Positions 28,521-37,661 of a DNA stretch of 64,000 nt are shown here, piece after piece. Position numbers and translations under genes: made by a program. Source of the DNA: Steroidobacteraceae bacterium. Its GTDB lineage: Bacteria > Pseudomonadota > Gammaproteobacteria > Steroidobacterales > Steroidobacteraceae. The notes beneath the pieces were generated by a model. The model saw nothing but the letters and a program-made list of their open reading frames with translations, was not told the origin of the DNA and searched no databases. The stretch covers positions 12,531 to 76,530 of the forward strand of contig JBOHZR010000141.1 of the NCBI GenBank assembly GCA_050738595.1, read 5' to 3'. The stretch's first letter is position 1, and every line of letters starts with the position of its first letter.

Positions 28521-29429
28521 CTAACCCGGCGTCCCGCCGATGCCGCCGAGCCAATCGATTACGCAGAGCGAGGCCTTCGCGAGCGATTCTCGTGAGGAAA
28601 ACGTGTGGTCCGCATCACTGAGGCGCACCTCGCGGACGCGCGGCGACGACAGGCATCGTCGCCACAATGATGACCCGCCGCGGTAGTCCTCGAATTCCGC
28701 GGCCGTCAGGTCTTGTCCGCTAAGGATGAGGAGAATGGGCTTCTCGAACGCGCCGATTCCCTCGGCCATGCGATCGAGGAAGTTACGCGTCCCCGTGCGC
28801 TTCGGATCAGGGCCGCTTTCACCGGACCACCAGGCGCGCCGCACGAGAGTGACGAAATCCCGCACGACTGTCCGGGGCTCCAAGGCACCGGAGCCGATCT
28901 TCCTCCAGAGCGATCGCTCCGTGAGCCTGCGCCAGTAGTAGTGGCGCACTATGGCACGTGCAGCTCCGGATTCGGTTCGTACCCAAGGGTTGATGAGGAC
29001 GAGGCCGGCGAGGCGCGCATCGCTCTTGCAGTACATGAGAGCCGCAGAGGCAGCATCACACAGGCCGAGTACAACGACGGCCCGTAAGGCAAGTTCTGCG
29101 GCGAAGAACGCGTCGATCGCCGCCCGAATATCGTCATCAATCGATTCGAATGTGCGCCTCGATCCGCTGCTGTCACCCATACCACGATAATCGAAGCGCA
29201 GCGCCGCGTAGCCTTCTGCGGCCAGGCGACGCGCCATGAGAACGAACTGCCTGTGACTGCCAGCCCGATACTGAGGTCCTCCGACGACGACTAGCACGCC
29301 GACGCTGCGGCTCGCAGCGGCCGGCCGATGCACGATAGCGACGAGATCGTCTCCTTCGCACCGAAACACGATTGCGCTTTCGCGACTCGCGCTCGTCGAA
29401 GGCGCCGCCGGTTGAATGACGGAGCTCAT
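28521..29429 (-). CDS. alpha/beta hydrolase, exosortase A system-associated pair member
   Basis: ORF 28521-29483 trimmed to the ATG at aa 19 (MSSVIQP), giving an ATGA overlap with the upstream stop. FDYRGMGDSSG loop. The predicted nucleophile elbow VVVLGLCDAASAAL has Cys in the Ser position. Confidence 0.75.
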   Translation of the reverse strand: MSSVIQPAAPSTSASRESAIVFRCEGDDLVAIVHRPAAASRSVGVLVVVGGPQYRAGSHRQFVLMARRLAAEGYAALRFDYRGMGDSSGSRRTFESIDDDIRAAIDAFFAAELALRAVVVLGLCDAASAALMYCKSDARLAGLVLINPWVRTESGAARAIVRHYYWRRLTERSLWRKIGSGALEPRTVVRDFVTLVRRAWWSGESGPDPKRTGTRNFLDRMAEGIGAFEKPILLILSGQDLTAAEFEDYRGGSSLWRRCLSSPRVREVRLSDADHTFSSRESLAKASLCVIDWLGGIGGTPG

Positions 29430-30256
29430 ATCGATGCTCCACAAAGGGCACCCACCGTGGCGCGCACCATCTCGTCGAGGCATGCGACCTCGACCGTGGC
29501 CCAGAACGGCTCTCCGGTAAACGTACGCACGAACACGTGCCCGGCAGATTGCTCGTCGTGACCGATGAGCCTGCGCGAGGACTCGGCGATCCCCTCTTCC
29601 GGGTCGCGGATCACCTCCATCCAGTGGATCGACTCGAAGGGTTTCGGTAGCTCCCGGGGTGGGACGAGCGCATCCAGATCGGCGGCGAGACCACCCTCGA
29701 CCGGGTACCCGCCGACCTCCAGCGTCTCGCCCGCGGCAAGCCGCGCGCGCAATTCCGTTACCCGTTCACGGCGAGCTTCGGCGAGCGCTCCCGCCGCCGT
29801 CCGCAGGCGCAGGAACTGTGTGAGATGCCTGCCCCCGTCGAAAACGGGTTGCCAGAGCACGGCGCTCGGAGCTTCGACTATGCGTCCCGCACTGACCGCT
29901 GAAAGTGCGAGTGCCGCGCCGAGCCGGATCGCAAGGATCGAGGTGACGGGCGCGCCCTGATGCGAGCTCCAGGCGCAGACGCGTGCAAGATCGTCTTCCC
30001 AAACGCTCCAGCGAGCCTCCGCGAAGTCTCCGTCACTATCGCCGGTTCCGAAAAGGTCCGGCACGAGCACGGCGCTTCCTTCCGCTGCGAGCCGCAGGGC
30101 CGTCTCCGTCACCATGCGACGGCACTTGTTCATCTCTTCCGCAAAGGGTGGCACGACGAGCACGCACCTCGATATGTGCCGCGGCCGTCGCACCAGAAGG
30201 AAAAGCTCGCCCTTCCCGCCCGGCAAACGATATGCGGATACTGTGGTGTCGCTCAC
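29426..30256 (-). CDS. alpha/beta hydrolase, exosortase A system-associated pair member
   Basis: 276 aa with a GTG start, giving a GTGA overlap with the ACP stop. PDLFGTGDSDG loop. The elbow-position segment SILAIRLGAALAL has no Ser or Cys. Confidence 0.7.
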   Translation of the reverse strand: MSDTTVSAYRLPGGKGELFLLVRRPRHISRCVLVVPPFAEEMNKCRRMVTETALRLAAEGSAVLVPDLFGTGDSDGDFAEARWSVWEDDLARVCAWSSHQGAPVTSILAIRLGAALALSAVSAGRIVEAPSAVLWQPVFDGGRHLTQFLRLRTAAGALAEARRERVTELRARLAAGETLEVGGYPVEGGLAADLDALVPPRELPKPFESIHWMEVIRDPEEGIAESSRRLIGHDEQSAGHVFVRTFTGEPFWATVEVACLDEMVRATVGALCGASI

Positions 30257-30504
30257 ACCGCCGCTTTTTCGGACACGAACCTGACGAGTTTGCCCAGCGT
30301 TGCGAAGACTTCCGCGTTCAATTCATCGTCTTCGACTGTGATTCCGCACTCGTCCTCGAGCATCGTGATCACCTGCACCACGGCCATCGAGTCAAGCTCG
30401 GGTATACTGCCGAGGAGCGGACTCTCCTCGGTGAGTTGATCGGCGCGAGCGCCCAGATTGAGTGCATCTCGGAGGATGTTCTTGACCTGCTTGACTCTGT
30501 CCAT
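30253..30504 (-). CDS. stand-alone acyl carrier protein (exosortase A locus type)
   Basis: ORF 30253-30558 trimmed to the ATG at aa 19 (MDRVKQV). LLGSIPELDSMAVVQVITMLEDECGI carries the DSM serine. Confidence 0.7.
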   Translation of the reverse strand: MDRVKQVKNILRDALNLGARADQLTEESPLLGSIPELDSMAVVQVITMLEDECGITVEDDELNAEVFATLGKLVRFVSEKAAV

Positions 30505-30633
30505 GATCGAAACGGCACTATATGGGCGGTACGATGTTGGGAGACTGCGGCGGCGCACCCGAAGTATACAACAAGCGGGTACGCCGAAATCCTGCGATCT
30601 GCCTTGGTTCTAGCGCGAACCGCCCCTAGCCGC

Positions 30634-32457
30634 ATGGCGATTTTCGGATTCTTGGGAGCGTTTCGCGGGCAATCAGGCCTTGATGGGCTTCACGCTTACG
30701 GGAGCCAGGTAGCAAACGCGGCGGGAAATGTCCAATCACCTGCTCACAGGAGCGGGGACTTCATCCAGTTCTGCTCCGGATCGTCGGTCGCCCGCGATGG
30801 CTCGCTCGCGATCGCGCTGACCGGGCGACCGCGGCTCGCCGGACGCGTAGTGGCGGACGATCCGGCGACCGCCATCCTCGCAAGATTTCGTCGGGAAGAC
30901 ATCGGCGTCCTCGCAAGCCTCACCGGCCCCTTCGCACTCGCCATCGTGGATGGCACCCGACGCCGCGCCCTCCTGGCTATCGACCGCATGGGCATCGAGC
31001 GACTCGCTTTCTGCTCCCGGCAGGGCGGCATCGTGTTTTCGACGTCCGCCGAGCTCATCGCACGCTCACCCGAGGTCGGGGCGCTCGTGCATCCCCAGGC
31101 GCTCTTCGACTACCTTCTGCACCACGCTATCCCCGCCCCCGCGACGATCTTTCGGGACGTGTACAAGCTCCACGCCGGGAGTTACGCGCTCTTCGAGGAC
31201 GGCGCCCTGAAACGCGAGCGATACTGGAAGCCGAAGTTCACCGCGGGCCGACCGGCTCCTTACGAAGCTTTGCGCTCTGAGCTCCACGAATCGCTCGCGC
31301 AAGCCGTAACGGCCGAAGTCTCAGCGGACGAAGACGCGGGCTGTTTCCTGAGCGGCGGTCTCGACAGTTCCACCGTGACAGGCATGCTCAGCCGCGCGAG
31401 TCCGTCCACGGCGAAGACTTTCTCGATCGGGTTCGGGTACCCGGAGTATGACGAGCTCGCCTATGCCCGGATCGTTAATGACCACTTCCACTGCAAAGGT
31501 CACGAACAGGTCATACGGGGGTCGGACATCGTCGCGGCGATGCCTGCGATCGCGCGGGCGTACGACGAGCCGTTCGGTAACTCCTCGGCGCTCCCGACCT
31601 ACTATTGCGCCCTTCTCGCGCGCGCTCACGGCGTCCGCCACCTGCTCGCGGGCGACGGCGGTGACGAGCTGTTCGCGGGCAATTCCCGCTATGTCGAGCA
31701 GCTCGTGTTCGAGCGATATGCGCTCGTTCCCGAGCCCGTCCGCCGTGGGCTGCTCGAGCCGGTCGTGTCGGGCTGGCCCGACAGCTTTCTGGTCTCCCCC
31801 GTTCGCAGGGCGAGGAGCTACATCAAACAGGCTAACACTCCACTGCCTGACCGGCTCGAGAGCTGGAACCTGCTCGTGCGCCTCGGGCTCACCGAGGTGC
31901 TGTCTCGAGAGTGGCTCGATACCATCGATCCCCAGCACCCGTTCTCCGAGATGCGCGCTCTCTGGGGCTCGACACCGAGCGACGCGTACCTGCATCGCAT
32001 GCTGTACTATGACTGGCAATACACGCTCGCCGATAACGATCTGAGAAAGGTCCAAACCATGTGCGCCCTCGCCGGCGTGCGTGTCTCCTACCCGATGTTG
32101 TATCCGCAGGTGGTGGATCTCTCGACGCGGATTCCGCCGCGCCTCATGATGCCGTCCGCGAAGTTGCGGGACTTCTACAAGCGCACGATGCGCGGCTTCC
32201 TTCCAGAAGTCGTCATTCTCAAAAAGAAGCACGGATTCGGTCTGCCGTTTGGCCTCTGGTTGAGAGACTCCGAGGAGTTGCGTAGCCTGATCTTCGACAA
32301 TCTCACGGCGCTACGTAAGCGCCGCATTCTGCGCGAGGATTTCATCGATCGACTGCTCGAGCTTCATCGTGAGGAGGACGCGCGCTACTACGGTGTGTTC
32401 CTATGGGTCGCGGTGATGCTCGAACTGTGGCTGCGAGAGCATGCCGTCTCGCTCTGA
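30634..32457 (+). CDS. asparagine synthase (AsnB) family amidotransferase paralog lacking the N-terminal Cys nucleophile
   Basis: ORF 29983-32457 trimmed to the ATG at aa 218 (MAIFGFLG); the upstream part is antisense to the hydrolase and ACP genes. The GATase-II-like N-domain is collinear with AsnB but has no Cys2. The synthetase domain has an intact PP-loop, CFLSGGLDSSTV. Confidence 0.8.
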   Translation: MAIFGFLGAFRGQSGLDGLHAYGSQVANAAGNVQSPAHRSGDFIQFCSGSSVARDGSLAIALTGRPRLAGRVVADDPATAILARFRREDIGVLASLTGPFALAIVDGTRRRALLAIDRMGIERLAFCSRQGGIVFSTSAELIARSPEVGALVHPQALFDYLLHHAIPAPATIFRDVYKLHAGSYALFEDGALKRERYWKPKFTAGRPAPYEALRSELHESLAQAVTAEVSADEDAGCFLSGGLDSSTVTGMLSRASPSTAKTFSIGFGYPEYDELAYARIVNDHFHCKGHEQVIRGSDIVAAMPAIARAYDEPFGNSSALPTYYCALLARAHGVRHLLAGDGGDELFAGNSRYVEQLVFERYALVPEPVRRGLLEPVVSGWPDSFLVSPVRRARSYIKQANTPLPDRLESWNLLVRLGLTEVLSREWLDTIDPQHPFSEMRALWGSTPSDAYLHRMLYYDWQYTLADNDLRKVQTMCALAGVRVSYPMLYPQVVDLSTRIPPRLMMPSAKLRDFYKRTMRGFLPEVVILKKKHGFGLPFGLWLRDSEELRSLIFDNLTALRKRRILREDFIDRLLELHREEDARYYGVFLWVAVMLELWLREHAVSL

Positions 32458-32472
32458 TACGAGCTCATCCGG

Positions 32473-33465
32473 ATGAGAAAGCTCCCTTCAATCGGCTCAT
32501 GGCTGATCCGACTCTGCAGCTGGATCACGACGCAGGGGGAAGGAGGCGCGGCGCTCGCGATACTCATCTTCCATCGGGTGTTGCCGGAATTCGACCCGCT
32601 TCTCGCGAGTGAGCCCGATGCCGAACGATTCGCCGCGATTCTCGATCTCCTTCAAACGCACTTCAGAGTGCTCGAGCTTGCCGAGGCCCTTCTCCGCCTG
32701 CGGGAACGTCGCCTTCCGAAGCGTGCGCTCTGCGTGACGTTCGACGACGGTTACGCGAACAACTACACTGTCGCGCTGCCGATACTCCTCGCCAAGGGCG
32801 CTCCCGCAACCGTATTCGTCGCCTCCGGATTCCTCGACGGGGGCAGGATGTTCAACGACACGATCATCGAGGCCGTTCGTCGCGCGCCGCGCGGGCTCGA
32901 CTTGAGGGATATCGGGCTCGGTATCCACGAGCTCAGCGATGACTCGTTGAGAGTGAATGCCATCGAGAGCATCATCATGAAGCTCAAGTACGCTGCACCT
33001 GATGAGCGCTCGCGACTCGCCGAAGGGGTTATCGAGCGGGCTGGGCCTCTCCCGCCGTCGCAACTCATGATGACGAGCGCCCAGCTGCGAGCGCTTCACA
33101 AATCGGGCGTGCAAATCGGTGCGCACACAGTCACCCATCCCATCCTTGCCTCCGTGAGCGAGGAGGAAGCTCGTGAGGAGATCACTTCCGGAAAGCGTCA
33201 GCTCGAGACCATCCTCGGCGCACCGGTGACGCTGTTCGCCTATCCGAACGGCAAGCCGGGGACCGATTATCATCGAAATCACGTCGAGATCGCCCGGCGG
33301 GCGGGGTTCGAAGCGGCCCTGTCCACCGCTTGGGCCGTAGCGCATCCGGATGGTGACCGGTTCCAGATTCCCCGAATCGCGCCCTGGGATAGATCGGCTC
33401 TGCGTTACGGCCTGCGTATCGCGAGAAGCTACCGGGTGCGCATCGTCCAGCGTGCCCAGGAGTAG
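32473..33465 (+). CDS. polysaccharide deacetylase (NodB/CE4 type, XrtA-locus type)
   Basis: 330 aa. LCVTFDDGYANNY, PATVFV and GAHTVTHP. Confidence 0.8.
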   Translation: MRKLPSIGSWLIRLCSWITTQGEGGAALAILIFHRVLPEFDPLLASEPDAERFAAILDLLQTHFRVLELAEALLRLRERRLPKRALCVTFDDGYANNYTVALPILLAKGAPATVFVASGFLDGGRMFNDTIIEAVRRAPRGLDLRDIGLGIHELSDDSLRVNAIESIIMKLKYAAPDERSRLAEGVIERAGPLPPSQLMMTSAQLRALHKSGVQIGAHTVTHPILASVSEEEAREEITSGKRQLETILGAPVTLFAYPNGKPGTDYHRNHVEIARRAGFEAALSTAWAVAHPDGDRFQIPRIAPWDRSALRYGLRIARSYRVRIVQRAQE

Positions 33466-33479
33466 CTTAAGATGGAGAC

Positions 33480-34830
33480 CTTCGAAATCTTCCGCCACTC
33501 GAAGTTGGGTGGACTTGCCAAAATGGTTTGCAGCGTGATACGCAGCGTCGCTGCGGCGCCCTTCGCCGAGTAGCTACCATCCGGCCCGCGCGTTGGGTTG
33601 TCCTCTACGCCGTTGATCTTCCTAGTCCGGACGCCAGAGCGCTTGCGCAAGCGGTGCACGTTGTTGCTTCGGAACGCTGCGACTCGTGCGGGTAGGACGC
33701 GCTCCGCGTTTAGGATGTCGGCGATCTCCCGATCAAACTTGCCGCCCTTCGCCAGCTCTCGAAGGCGTTTCTGCAACGCCGGTGTAGACTCGCAAACGCC
33801 GTATGAGCGCACACGCCGCGGCACTTGGTGCTCCGAGACGGCGCCCGTTTGCCAGGTGATCCGCATCGTCTCCAGTCCCCGATTTCGCGATTGATCGAGA
33901 GCGACGTCGCGGATCAGCAGCCGCACGATGCGCTTGCGCTCGATCGCATCGGCGATCTGCCATACGCGGGGAGAATTTCTCGGCAAGGCTCATCACCTCG
34001 GCACGTTCGTCGCTCGAGAGGGGTCCGGCTTGCTCGCGCTGCCGTGCCTAACGGCCTGCTCCGTCTCCTCCTGTTGCCGCAGCTTCTCCTCCCAGGCTCG
34101 CTCCCGAGAACGCGCCACCAAGCGGTTCTCCGGCTCGACCTGGTCATACTGGCGTCGTGCGCGTTCCACCTCATGGCATGCCCGCTCACACTTCAAGCGC
34201 CACTGCTGCGCGAGCGATTTGATCTGCGACTCAAGCTCTCCCACCGCCGCGACCGCCAGGGCGATCTGATCGGGCGAGAGCGCCTCCAGTACGAGCCGCT
34301 CGATCTGCGCATGGACCGAGAGCGCGCGCCCTTCCTGACAACGGGGGCTGCCGTCGGCCCGCGCGCCCACCTTGCACCTGTACACCGGATAGTCGCCCTT
34401 GGGCCCCGAGTAATGCAGGCTCATCCGTTGCCCGCATCGGCCGCAGATCGCGATGCCCTGCAGCAGGGCGTGGCCCTTGCGTGGCGCACCCGGTCGATCG
34501 CGCCGCGGCCGCGTAGCGTTACTCAGGAGTCGGCTCTGGTTGGCTGGTTGGCCACGAACTCCTCCCAGCTGATGTAGCTCGGATGGGCATCCTTGAGGCA
34601 TACGGGCCAGCGCTCGACCGGCAACCGCACGATCGTCGGACGGGTCTGTCCGGACCGACGCCGTTGCGGATCGGGTTGATGCTGCCCGTACACGTACGCG
34701 CCTGCGTGGCCGGGTTATGCATGCCCGCTCTCACCTTGATCGTCGCGCTACAGAGATGCGTCGCATACATAAGGCCCTTGTAGCGGCGCCGCGTGGTGAC
34801 GACATGAACCGTGCCACCATGATGGGACAT
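33480..34830 (-). pseudogene. large serine recombinase remnant, N-terminally truncated and multiply frameshifted
   Basis: Three frames carry consecutive recombinase-like segments. (1) ...CSATIKVRAGMHNP / PGHAGAYVYGQHQPDPQRRRSGQTRPTIVRLPVERWPVCLKDAHPSYISWEEFVANQ; the second string is my own translation of the minus strand around 34540-34715. (2) The zinc-ribbon part, LQGIAICGRCGQRMSLHYSG...YPVYRC, plus a coiled coil (ORF 33993-34601). (3) The C-terminal part (ORF 33429-33986). No resolvase catalytic domain is present. Confidence 0.7.
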
Positions 34831-34927
34831 GCCAGAAAAGCCAGAAAACCCCTCTCGCTTCGCGCGAAACCCTGCAAAAACGGCTATCTGCTGACTACCG
34901 TAAAATCAAATCGAGGGAGAACTTCAG

Positions 34928-35029
34928 GCCCACGAAACGCGGCTCTTCCCGCCCCGCTTCGGCTACCGCCACGGCGATGGTGTCCTTATGCACATCCAAT
35001 CCGACGAAAGAAGTGATAGTCCTTTTCAC
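34928..35029 (-). pseudogene. 5' stub of an IS110-family transposase gene
   Basis: VKRTITSFVGLDVHKDTIAVAVAEAGREEPRFVG matches the typical IS110-family N-terminus (GLDVHKDT). The similarity stops after about 34 aa. Confidence 0.45.
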
Positions 35030-35185
35030 GGGTCTGCCTCCTCTACTGTTGCAGCCAGTCGCCCTCGAGCGCTCTGCATGTGGCTCGGCGCACCTCGGTG
35101 CGCAACCCACGATACCGGAGGCAGACCTCTTCCTCTCAACTCGCCAGTGATGCCTGACCGCCGGCACGCGTCAGGCCATAGTGTC

Positions 35186-36553
35186 TTATATGGACGACGA
35201 GAGAGCGCTCGCGCGACTCACGACGTAACGATGCTTCCCGGATCTCTCCGGCTCGATGCGTTCCACGCGCGTGATCTTTACGGGTGTGTCGGGACCCAGG
35301 CGCCGTGCGAGCCCCGCGAGAACGGTCCGCTCAATGTCGCCCGTGAACTCGGGAGCCGCAACGATCTGCAAGTCGATGCCGAGATCTTCGGACTGTATGA
35401 ACTTGAACGAGCGTACACCGGCCTTGTCGCGTACCTCGTAGATCATTGCGAGGGCATGCATCACCGTGCCGGAGCGGGTTCGAATGAAGTCCGTCGTGCG
35501 CCCCTGCACAGTTTCGAGCACCGGTAGACCCCTCCCGCACTGGCACGGCCGCTCCGAGAGCGTCGCCATGTCCCCGGTGCGATAGCGCACGAACGGAAAG
35601 TCCCGGGTCGCAAGATGCGTGATGACTACCTCGCCCGGCACGCCCGCCGCAACTGCCTGTCCAGCCGCATCGGTGAGCTCCACGACTACGTGCTCGAATG
35701 ACAGATGCAGCGATCCCGAGGGACATTGATGAGCGATGAAGCCGCCGTCTCGAGAGCCGTAGCCGTTCGCGACGGGTGCGCCGAAAGCTTCCTCCAAGAT
35801 CTGGCGCTGGTGGGGGTACAGGGTTTCCCCCGTAGTAAAAACGACGCGCACCCCGCAGTCGCGCAGCGTAATCCCCTTGGAGCAAGCATGAGCCGCGAGG
35901 CGAGCCAGGGCCGAGGCGTACCCGAACATCATGCGCGGCCGGGCTCTGCGGATGACTTCGACATACTCGTTCATCCCCTGCTCGGACATGTCGAACGCCG
36001 GCAGGAGGCGCGAGCGCAATACTCGATCGCGCAACGACTTGACCTGGTCCTGTGCTCCGAGCTCGATGGGCGAGCCCCAGAGGACGATCTCCGGATCACC
36101 GATATCGACGCCCCACCACCGGGTTGCTCGCCACTTCGACGCCACGTCATGAGAGATCCGATCCATGCCCATGTAAAAGATGAGCGGCTCGCCGCTCGAT
36201 CCACCGGTGTTGAAACGGACGACCCGTCCTGCGCTCTCAGACATCAGCCGCTGGGTGTTCGTCCGGATGAGATCCTTGGTGAGAACGGGCAGCGTCGTGA
36301 GTTCGTCGATCGAGGATAGCCGCTCGGGGTGGAATCCGACCCGGCCGAACAGCTCTCGATAGTAGGGGACCAGGCGCCCGGCTTGCGCCAGAAACGTCCG
36401 TAGCCGCTCGAGGCGCAGTGCCTCGAGCGCTGGGCGGTCGAGCCATTGCGTGCGCTCGAGCTCGCGGCGCAATGCGACGCTCTGATGACCCTTGAAAGCT
36501 TCATGCAGAGGGAACAGGACTGCGCTACAGAATCGTGTGTACATCGTTCGCAT
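35186..36553 (-). CDS. phenylacetate-CoA ligase-like adenylating enzyme (CapK / coenzyme F390 synthetase-like)
   Basis: ORF 35186-36673 trimmed to the ATG at aa 41 (MRTMYTRF). FNTGGSSGEPLIFY P-loop-type motif and YRTGDMATL. Confidence 0.7.
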   Translation of the reverse strand: MRTMYTRFCSAVLFPLHEAFKGHQSVALRRELERTQWLDRPALEALRLERLRTFLAQAGRLVPYYRELFGRVGFHPERLSSIDELTTLPVLTKDLIRTNTQRLMSESAGRVVRFNTGGSSGEPLIFYMGMDRISHDVASKWRATRWWGVDIGDPEIVLWGSPIELGAQDQVKSLRDRVLRSRLLPAFDMSEQGMNEYVEVIRRARPRMMFGYASALARLAAHACSKGITLRDCGVRVVFTTGETLYPHQRQILEEAFGAPVANGYGSRDGGFIAHQCPSGSLHLSFEHVVVELTDAAGQAVAAGVPGEVVITHLATRDFPFVRYRTGDMATLSERPCQCGRGLPVLETVQGRTTDFIRTRSGTVMHALAMIYEVRDKAGVRSFKFIQSEDLGIDLQIVAAPEFTGDIERTVLAGLARRLGPDTPVKITRVERIEPERSGKHRYVVSRASALSSSI

Positions 36554-37658
36554 CTTCGCATGCGCGACGATTCCGGTCGCTGCGACGCTCTGATAGCTGC
36601 CGATAGAGGGTGAGCCATTGGCCGCCCACTGCGGCCCAGCTGCACGATTGGGCGACCTGCGCGGCGCCCGCACACAATGAATCCCGCAAGGCGTCGTGTC
36701 GCAATAACCGCGCCACGCCTTCCGCCATCAGCGCTGGATCGTCCGGTGGCACCAGCCAGGCGGAGCGTCCGTGTTCGACGAGAAAGGGTACGCCTCCCAC
36801 GTTGGTGCTCACGATCGGCACGCCCGACGCGGCGGCCTCGAGCACCGAGTTGGGTGTGTTGTCCACCCGACTGGGATTGAGCGCAATGTCAGCACGGCCG
36901 TAGAGCTCGGCCACCATCTCCGGTTCGAGCCGGCCCGTGAATCGGATCCGATCGGACACGCCGAGCTCGGCGGCGAGCCGCTCGAGCGGCGCACGCTCGG
37001 GTCCCGATCCAGCGATGGAAACGGTCAGGTCCGGAAAATCCCGGTGAAGCTTGGCCGCCGCTCGGATCGCGGTATCGATGCCGTAGATCGCCTCTAAGCT
37101 GCGGGCGATTACGATGTGCCGACCGCGCCCCTCGGGTCGTGGCACCGGCCTGAACAGCTCGAGGTTGACGACATTCGGGATGATGCGCGCGGAGATGCCG
37201 TGCTCAGCGAAGACCCCTTGGAGGAAGCGCGAGGGCACGATCACGGCACTCGCGGCCCGCAACATCGACGCAACGACTCGTGGAGCGCTCGCCAGAAACT
37301 CCCGGGCTAGGCCTCCGCGGTAGTTGATGATGACAGGCACATCCCGTCGAAGCGCCGCGCGCACGGCAGGCGCCGCGAGCAGGAACCAGGCCCAGCCAGA
37401 ATTGGCCATGACGTGCATCACGTCCACCTCATGCGAGGCGGACGCGAGGGCGCGGCGATACGGAAGCAGGCGGGCTACCGCCCTCACGCCGCGTATCTTG
37501 CCCAGCCACGCGGGCGAATAGGGCTCGTTGCTGCAGACGAGCCGCACTTTCACCCCGTCGGAGGCGAGCAGTCGAGCCAGTTGGCGCGTCTGGTTTGCCA
37601 TGCCGCCGGCCGGTGGTGGCAAAGGCCCTACGAGCCCAACGCAAACGGGGTTCTCCAA
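36525..37658 (-). CDS. GT4 glycosyltransferase
   Basis: 377 aa. EX7E region NSVLEAAASGVPIVSTNVGGVPFLVEHG. Confidence 0.8.
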   Translation of the reverse strand: MENPVCVGLVGPLPPPAGGMANQTRQLARLLASDGVKVRLVCSNEPYSPAWLGKIRGVRAVARLLPYRRALASASHEVDVMHVMANSGWAWFLLAAPAVRAALRRDVPVIINYRGGLAREFLASAPRVVASMLRAASAVIVPSRFLQGVFAEHGISARIIPNVVNLELFRPVPRPEGRGRHIVIARSLEAIYGIDTAIRAAAKLHRDFPDLTVSIAGSGPERAPLERLAAELGVSDRIRFTGRLEPEMVAELYGRADIALNPSRVDNTPNSVLEAAASGVPIVSTNVGGVPFLVEHGRSAWLVPPDDPALMAEGVARLLRHDALRDSLCAGAAQVAQSCSWAAVGGQWLTLYRQLSERRSDRNRRACEDANDVHTIL

Positions 37659-37661
37659 AAC

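Noticed and set aside
29983-30633. Upstream extension of the second asnB-like ORF
   Set aside because: It is antisense to the hydrolase and ACP genes, and AsnB-type similarity starts at MAIFGF (30634).
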